A program made the position numbers and the translations under genes. Below the pieces are notes generated by a model. It worked only from the letters and a program-made list of their open reading frames with translations, was not told where the DNA came from and made no database searches. Below are positions 58,156 through 64,000 of a stretch of DNA of 64,000 nt, piece after piece. This DNA is from a bacterium (GTDB lineage Bacteria > Vulcanimicrobiota > JABDET01). The stretch spans positions 392,624-456,623 of the forward strand of contig JAJYZB010000001.1 of the NCBI GenBank assembly GCA_021800275.1, read 5' to 3'. Every line of letters begins with the position of its first letter. The first letter of the stretch is position 1.

Positions 58156-59613
58156 TCACAGAGGATAATCCACTTTAGCAATCGTTCTGACTATCCGATC
58201 CACATATCCATCAGCATTGTATTCAGACATATGAAAGTGATTAAAAATGATCGAAAAAACAACGGTTTGTCCATAAGATGTAACCACATACCCGGTCAAA
58301 GAGCTGACCTGTCGAATTGCCCCATCTTTTGCCTGGACGTTAACACCTTTTAAGCGCCCTTCTAATGTCCCTTCATTCCCATGATTCAAGGCGCTTCTAA
58401 AAAGAGAACCAACAGGGGAAAAAGCCATTTTCTGCATGACTTCAACCAGAGTATGCGGAGAAACCCGATCTAAACTAGACAATCCTGAACCATCATCCAT
58501 GACCAGCCCATTGTGGGGAATTCCATAATCATTCAAAAATTTGATGACAGCTGCTGCTCCCGATTGTATCGTGCCTTTTCCATAAGCCGCAGCGCCAATC
58601 ACCCGGAAAATATGTTCCGCCAAAAAATTAACGCTCCATTTCAGCAAATGTCGAATAATAACAATTAATCTCAGGGAATAAAACCTCGCGAGAACCCTCA
58701 GCCTCTTTTCACCTTGAATTTCCACAGGTGAAGCTTCTTTAACTCTCCCAACAATACGAATCCCATATTTTCTTAAAACGTTTTTAAAAACCGCTCCGAC
58801 AAATAAAGGAGGATCCTGAACATTAAAAGGAAACGTAATCCCATTACTGTAACGATAAATATGTCCATAAACAAAAAGCCTATTCCCAATTTTATGTCTA
58901 TTGATGGATAGTGTGGTTCCATAGTCCGAAGTCCAGGCATGGTTTAACACATGAAGACAATGGCAGGGCGGCCATAGGACAACTCGAGTTGGAGCCCCTC
59001 CATAGCTCTCTGGAAGGACCGTCACCTGAACACGATTATTGTTCAATGAAAGGGCGGAAATTTCTTCAGCATAACTTTTCCAACGATAGCGATACTTCCA
59101 TCCGATCCCTGTGAACTGATGGCTGAAAAGAGAATCATCTACTAATAAATCCCCATCCACTTCTCTGATCCCTTGGCTTCTCAGCTGTTTCGCCATGCGT
59201 TTTAATGGAACCAATGCCGATGGGAAAAAGTGAGAATTCCAGGTCGGATCCCCTCCTCCTCTAAGAATTAAATTACTCTGCAAAATCCCATTTCTAATTT
59301 TTCCCCCTAAAACCCGAGTCACAAAACGATAATTAGGTCCTAATCTTACTAGAGCAGCACTTGTGGTCAATATTTTTAGATTTGACGCAGGGGCTAAGGG
59401 TTCATCAGCATGATATAAAAAAAGAGTTTTATGCGTTCCTAAAAGTTGAACATCAATCCCAATTTTTACTCCTCGCAGGGCAGGGTTTTCTACTATGGAA
59501 GTCAGTTGACTCTTTAACGAGCTGGCATGAGCAGAAAAAAAGCAAGAAAAAAGGAACGTCAAAATAGCAAAAAACTTTAGGTTTCTCCCTAACCTATATT
59601 CACCCCAAAACAT
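58156..59613 (-). CDS. dacB: D-alanyl-D-alanine carboxypeptidase/endopeptidase (PBP4, peptidase S13)
   Basis: PASNLK, GGGDP, S.N (SVNFLAE), DGSGLS..DR. Confidence 0.92.
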   Translation of the reverse strand: MFWGEYRLGRNLKFFAILTFLFSCFFSAHASSLKSQLTSIVENPALRGVKIGIDVQLLGTHKTLFLYHADEPLAPASNLKILTTSAALVRLGPNYRFVTRVLGGKIRNGILQSNLILRGGGDPTWNSHFFPSALVPLKRMAKQLRSQGIREVDGDLLVDDSLFSHQFTGIGWKYRYRWKSYAEEISALSLNNNRVQVTVLPESYGGAPTRVVLWPPCHCLHVLNHAWTSDYGTTLSINRHKIGNRLFVYGHIYRYSNGITFPFNVQDPPLFVGAVFKNVLRKYGIRIVGRVKEASPVEIQGEKRLRVLARFYSLRLIVIIRHLLKWSVNFLAEHIFRVIGAAAYGKGTIQSGAAAVIKFLNDYGIPHNGLVMDDGSGLSSLDRVSPHTLVEVMQKMAFSPVGSLFRSALNHGNEGTLEGRLKGVNVQAKDGAIRQVSSLTGYVVTSYGQTVVFSIIFNHFHMSEYNADGYVDRIVRTIAKVDYPL

Positions 59614-59639
59614 CTCTGAATAATTTATTTCACGAATAT

Positions 59640-61148
59640 TTAAAAAGTCCTTTTTCTAAGTTCAATTCGGATATCAAACAAACGATTCCATGGAAAAGCC
59701 ACTTTTTCAACACTCATTTTACATGAGAAATCTTTCAAATACTGTTCAGATAAATCTCTCAGTTTTTGAGCCACATCATTTTCACACCTCAATTTAAGAT
59801 CAAGAGGAAGATTCATTGTAGAACGTTTTTCGCTTCTCAATTTAAAGGTGAGTTCGGGACGAATTTCAGCTTGATAAAGCCAGTCTTCCAGAAGTCTCAA
59901 ATACATAAACTCGAGGTGAGCTTCTTCAGAATCTCCTATTAACTCTCCCCCTCTTTCATTTTCAAATAAACTTTTTACACTGGTACGCCTTAGAAAAAAC
60001 CATCTCAGGATCGCATGAGAAAGCACGATGCCTAAAGCATTAGCAGAAGTGTTCCATGCTGAAAAAGAGAGAAGCTTTGAAAAATCAATCTCTTGAGATA
60101 AATATCGCATGAACAATTTATCAGAACCATTCGCATATCTCAAATCAGCCAGAGCGCAGGGAATACCTTCCGCAAGATGAAATTTTAACTGGTGAATCCA
60201 TTCATCACTGTACTTCAGAGCAGGATTCAAAGGAACATCTATTTGGTTTTCCTGAGGCACATGAACAAAAAGAAAAAAATCGGCATTTTTAGATTCATTT
60301 TCTAGAATCGCCCCTATAGCTTTTAACTGAAGACTCACCAGTTCAGTCAGCTTACAGTCTTCGTATTTAAGTCTAAACTGGTCTGGATCAGAACTATCAT
60401 AAACTGGGAAAACTCTTGGAATAATTCGTTCTTTTTCAAGAACCGCTCTAACTAATAGCAGAAGCCCTGTTTCATCGGTTCCAGGGAAAATCTGGGTTCG
60501 GTCCTGAAGTTTCTCGTGAAGAATTCGGTCTTCAAGAATTTTTTTCTCTTTCTGATTTAATCCTTCTTCTGTTAAATCATCCAATGGAATCGCCAAAAAT
60601 ACATTCCTGTTTTCTGCAACTAATGTGATCGCCCTTTGATTAACAGCATGATTTCTCTTTCTTGCAGACAAGTATTGATTCCACAAGTCTTCAGGCGCTG
60701 TACTGATCACCTCTGAGAATTTCTCAACAGGAGAGCTGTTTAGATCAACCACTTCGTTCTCCCATTTAAAACGGCGGGAACGCTCAATAGAAGCTTCTTT
60801 GATTTTGTCAGCCAAAAGAGCTTCTTCTTCCGAAAAAGCTGATGGCGCCTGCCTCATTAAAATAGAATAGGCATAAACTGGAATTGGATGGGCATCAAGA
60901 ATAATCTTCAGTTGATCCAATTTCTCAAAGGCTGCCTCAAAAGACTGTTCAAAGATTCGAGACTCCACCAAACCGCCGTAAATCCAACGATCCAAAGCTA
61001 AAACCGCTGCATCCACGTGAGAAAAAGATGTCTCCACCAGGGCTAAACTCTTCAAAATTTCGATTTCTATCCCAGAAATTCTACCTAAATATTCAATATA
61101 ATCTACTGAAGATGGGCGATCATCCAGAGGCAAAAAAGCAATTTTCAT
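59640..61148 (-). CDS. DUF4127 family protein
   Basis: FLPLDDRP, YGGLVESR, YSILMR, PGTDE, ADL..ANG.D, AWNTSANALG, FPWNRLFD. Confidence 0.8.
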   Translation of the reverse strand: MKIAFLPLDDRPSSVDYIEYLGRISGIEIEILKSLALVETSFSHVDAAVLALDRWIYGGLVESRIFEQSFEAAFEKLDQLKIILDAHPIPVYAYSILMRQAPSAFSEEEALLADKIKEASIERSRRFKWENEVVDLNSSPVEKFSEVISTAPEDLWNQYLSARKRNHAVNQRAITLVAENRNVFLAIPLDDLTEEGLNQKEKKILEDRILHEKLQDRTQIFPGTDETGLLLLVRAVLEKERIIPRVFPVYDSSDPDQFRLKYEDCKLTELVSLQLKAIGAILENESKNADFFLFVHVPQENQIDVPLNPALKYSDEWIHQLKFHLAEGIPCALADLRYANGSDKLFMRYLSQEIDFSKLLSFSAWNTSANALGIVLSHAILRWFFLRRTSVKSLFENERGGELIGDSEEAHLEFMYLRLLEDWLYQAEIRPELTFKLRSEKRSTMNLPLDLKLRCENDVAQKLRDLSEQYLKDFSCKMSVEKVAFPWNRLFDIRIELRKRTF

Positions 61149-61307
61149 GGAATTGAAAAAATCACGTGTATTTGCTCACATTCGTTTTCCATCATTAGAC
61201 AGCAGAAAATAATCATGATCATTAAAAAGATTGTGTTCTTCTAGTTTTCGTCGAGCAAAGGGCATGGTTTAGTTTTCCTCTGCCACGCTTTTCTTTAGTA
61301 CTATGCT

Positions 61308-61717
61308 CTACTCCTTCACCACAGCAAGTCCATGATTTGTCCCAAAATAGACGGATTTGTCATACACGATCGGTCGGGAAGTAATCCTGCATCAGAATGG
61401 CAGAGAATAATTCAGCAGGATTCTTTCAGCTTTTAGTGAGACCATTCTCAATTCTCTACTGTCAATCCCATGGGGAACAAGATAAAGAGTATCCGCAGTT
61501 CTAAACTTCCAAATTTCTTTTCCTGTTTTATGATCCACTGCATAAAAAAAACCGTTACTGCACCCGAAGAAAAACATTCCATTCCAAAATGCTGGGTAGA
61601 GACTACTTTCCTGCTGGTCTTAAAAAACAGTTTAAACAAAGGTTTTGGAGCCGTAAACCCTAAGAAATAATGGCTCAGGAATAAAAGCAGAAACAACTTC
61701 AGTCTTATTATTCGCAT
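61308..61717 (-). pseudogene. Fragmented secreted PQQ/BamB-repeat beta-propeller gene
   Basis: Signal peptide ORF, frameshift near 61595, FFFGCSNGFFYAVDHKTGKEIWKF, in-frame TGA at 61392-61394, then ITSRPIVYDKSVYFGT. Confidence 0.7.
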
Positions 61718-63137
61718 GGCTCAGGATAAAAGAAAAAAGTCTCCTCTGTGTCCAGTTTTTTCTTCAAAAGCAGAAGAATTTCTTGAATATAAATTTTTTC
61801 AGGCAGGCTTAATGGATTCTGCTTTTGGAGATATAAAGTGTAATAATAAATCGCTTCTTTTCGCGCAGCATTAGAATCCTTTTTGTACCGACTCCGTAGA
61901 AAATTAACATTTACCCCTCTTTCACCAGAAAAAAACTTCTCCCTCGGGAGATCCCACCAGGTCTCATAAGCCCTGGCAAGGTCCAGCACAATACGAAGAG
62001 AAAACTCTGAATGGGGATGCTCTTGTAAAAATTTTTTTCCGATAAGAATGACGGTGAGAAATTTGGAAACAGAATACCCTCTGCAGGTACTCCTTTCATT
62101 CCAGCCGCGGCGGATCATCTCAACCAATGCCAGTTTTCCCCAATACGAATTTTGATCATGCAGAGCCAGTTCCTCAAGGAGGTTAGCCCTATAAACATTT
62201 CCGGCATAATGGTCCCCGTCCAGAATGACCCCATTTTCTCTAGTCCATGTTAAATTTGAAGGAAGAGGACAGAACTCACCTTTAGTCAACCAACTGATCC
62301 AGAACAAAAGATAAGGGTACTGCTTCGAATTTCGATTCACAACATGAAGCTTTTTAAGCGCATCCCCAAGTTCTAAATCAAAAATTTTTTAAAAAACTTT
62401 AGGCGCGCCTGCTTTTTTCATTTTTGCCTTTTCTATCTTCATCACTGCTCTTCTGCAGTGGTGGAAACCTGCTTGTAAACAAGCTTTGCAGGCAAGCTTA
62501 TTTTCTTTCAGTTTGTAAAGAGAATAGGTTTGGGAAAGATTTTCTTTCTTCTGCGCCTTATCCAGGAAAATCTGTGGGTAGGTCTCCATCTTAAAGTTTA
62601 TTTTTCCCTCCATTTTACCGCCGGAATTCACATAACAGTCCCACAGTAAAGAATACCTTCTAGGCTTATTCCAAAGATAAGCCGCAAATGAATTTCTAAT
62701 GTCAGAATCCCAGAGTCTTCTGTGTCTGCTTTTCATCAATTTTGGCTTTCCCAGCAGGAGAGCAAATTTACTCATTAAACTTTTCAAAAGATTGTTTTTA
62801 TAAGGATAAACTTCAATCTGATTAATTTTTACCTTTTGAAGAGTTACTGCTTGTCTAATAGGATCGGGGTAAAAAAATAACTCGCTTCCCAATACCTGCT
62901 CCTCATCTGACACCTGAACTCCCACAAAGAGGAGTGAAAATAAATCACATCTTTATGATCACTGCATCTGGCTTGATGCGTTTTATTCCAGACGCTGAAC
63001 TTTTCCCCCATCTACGCGTTGTTAAACAATTGGAAAAATACCTGCTGTATATTCCCATAATTTGAAGCGGCCGCAGATCGGAAAATTAAAAAAATAAGGA
63101 CAGCAGTAAAAGTTGAAGTCATTCTTAGACGCTGCAT
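61708..63137 (-). pseudogene. Multi-lesion pseudogene of a secreted hypothetical protein (includes ORFs 62389..62925 and 61708..62340)
   Basis: Signal-peptide-like start at 63137, in-frame TAG at 63012-63014, apparent frameshift at the A7 run 62871-62877, and TAA at 62389-62391 in frame with the next ORF. Confidence 0.6.
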
Positions 63138-63321
63138 GACAGAAGTCTTCTCAAGAGAGAAAGGATTTTCCTTGGATCTAATTCTCTCTACCTTAAATCG
63201 ATCATGCGTGTCTATAAAGCCATTCGAAAACTCACCAAAATTCCAGGACCCTTTGCTAGACCAATAAAATTGAAAAATATTGGAAGGGAGGGCAGCGGAT
63301 AATTCAGTGAGAACCAGTCAG

Positions 63322-64000
63322 TTAAGGGAAACTGGTGACCCCTAGTTTGTACAGGATAAACTCAGCATTGGGTTTAAGGAGGTAGTAAGCATTGTCAGTC
63401 ACATGTTTGCCGCTGATCTGCGCATTTCCTGTGTTTGCACCCTGCCCCTGTCCTGTCTGTCCTAGATGCTGTGCTTCCAAATCCAGGATAAATGATTTCA
63501 GGAGATTGATGGCCACTTGAGTCTGCCCTTCTTTCAATTTTTTCTCTGCTTCTTTTAACTTCGCATCCAGGGAGTTAGCCACCCCAGCATTGGTAATCCA
63601 GCCGAGCTTGTATGCTTGTTCTTTTAAGTTGATTAAACGAGTTAAAAGCTGCAGTGGAGTTAACTTTTGAGGTAAAATGTCAGGACCTGGAACTTTGAGA
63701 ATAACGTTCATTTGAGGAGAATATCCTTGATCTGGGCATTTTGCTGTTAAAGCAGGATTTACATCTGGAACAGAAGGTGGAAGCGGTACATATCCCTGCG
63801 TCCAACTGCGAACAATGCCTGGAAGACCCTTTGATAAAAAAGTTAAACCTTTAATAGAATCACCGGGTAAAAGAAAATTTCTAGAATTAACTGCAGCAAA
63901 TCCTACAGCATTGGCGGGAGCCATTTTTGTCGGACCACCTTCAAATATGCCGGTGGCAGTGAAACTATAATTCCAAATAGATGGGGCTGATACCCTGTAT
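63322..64000 (-). CDS. Hypothetical protein with C-terminal FIMAH-like helical domain (5' end outside the window)
   Basis: Frame is open to the window edge; GWITNAGVANSLDAKL...A.NLL..FI..LEAQ...GKHVT. Confidence 0.7.
   Translation of the reverse strand, partial: YRVSAPSIWNYSFTATGIFEGGPTKMAPANAVGFAAVNSRNFLLPGDSIKGLTFLSKGLPGIVRSWTQGYVPLPPSVPDVNPALTAKCPDQGYSPQMNVILKVPGPDILPQKLTPLQLLTRLINLKEQAYKLGWITNAGVANSLDAKLKEAEKKLKEGQTQVAINLLKSFILDLEAQHLGQTGQGQGANTGNAQISGKHVTDNAYYLLKPNAEFILYKLGVTSFP

Noticed and set aside
61308..63137. In-frame stops as a sign of genetic-code reassignment or readthrough
   Set aside because: The interruptions are TAG, TAA and TGA plus frameshifts, and all three stops end normal genes elsewhere in the window.
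1..64000. CRISPR arrays, rRNA, IS elements, and the many 60-130 aa ORFs nested in larger genes
   Set aside because: No regularly spaced repeats, rRNA or transposase motifs were seen; the nested ORFs overlap well-supported genes and show no motifs.

Overview
A gene-dense, AT-rich bacterial chromosomal segment. Its gene content (Amj, SpoIID/LytB, DUF4127, Pkn2-type kinase, pilin-like proteins, lipoprotein cytochrome c) suggests a Terrabacteria-group organism, but I cannot assign it from sequence alone. Most of it is housekeeping or metabolic: ffh (partial), dusB, meaB plus a mutase B12-binding subunit, a CoA-transferase, pdp/punA/mtnB, asnS, etfAB with two acyl-CoA dehydrogenases, rel, tyrS, amj, priA, a CDF exporter, dacB, and four single tRNAs (Gly-TCC, Lys-TTT, Trp-CCA, Gly-CCC). 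No CRISPR array, rRNA, integrase or transposase was seen. The main candidates for new biology are: (1) a PspA/ESCRT-III-family gene clustered with a membrane coiled-coil protein, a secreted tandem-domain protein and a classical-clade AAA+ ATPase tightly linked to rel-DUF58-transglutaminase; (2) an ABC-type ATPase + DUF4276/TOPRIM two-gene cassette resembling anti-phage systems; (3) a degenerate HD-GYP/TPR/SARP-BTAD regulator; (4) an intergenic element with two hairpins carrying the same 9-nt loop sequence; (5) a possibly heteromeric acyl-CoA dehydrogenase pair. Decay relics are also present: an internally deleted hicA next to tRNA-Lys, a coxB-like fragment, and multi-lesion pseudogenes at 61.3-63.1 kb. 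All family assignments come from recognising motifs by eye, not from database searches.
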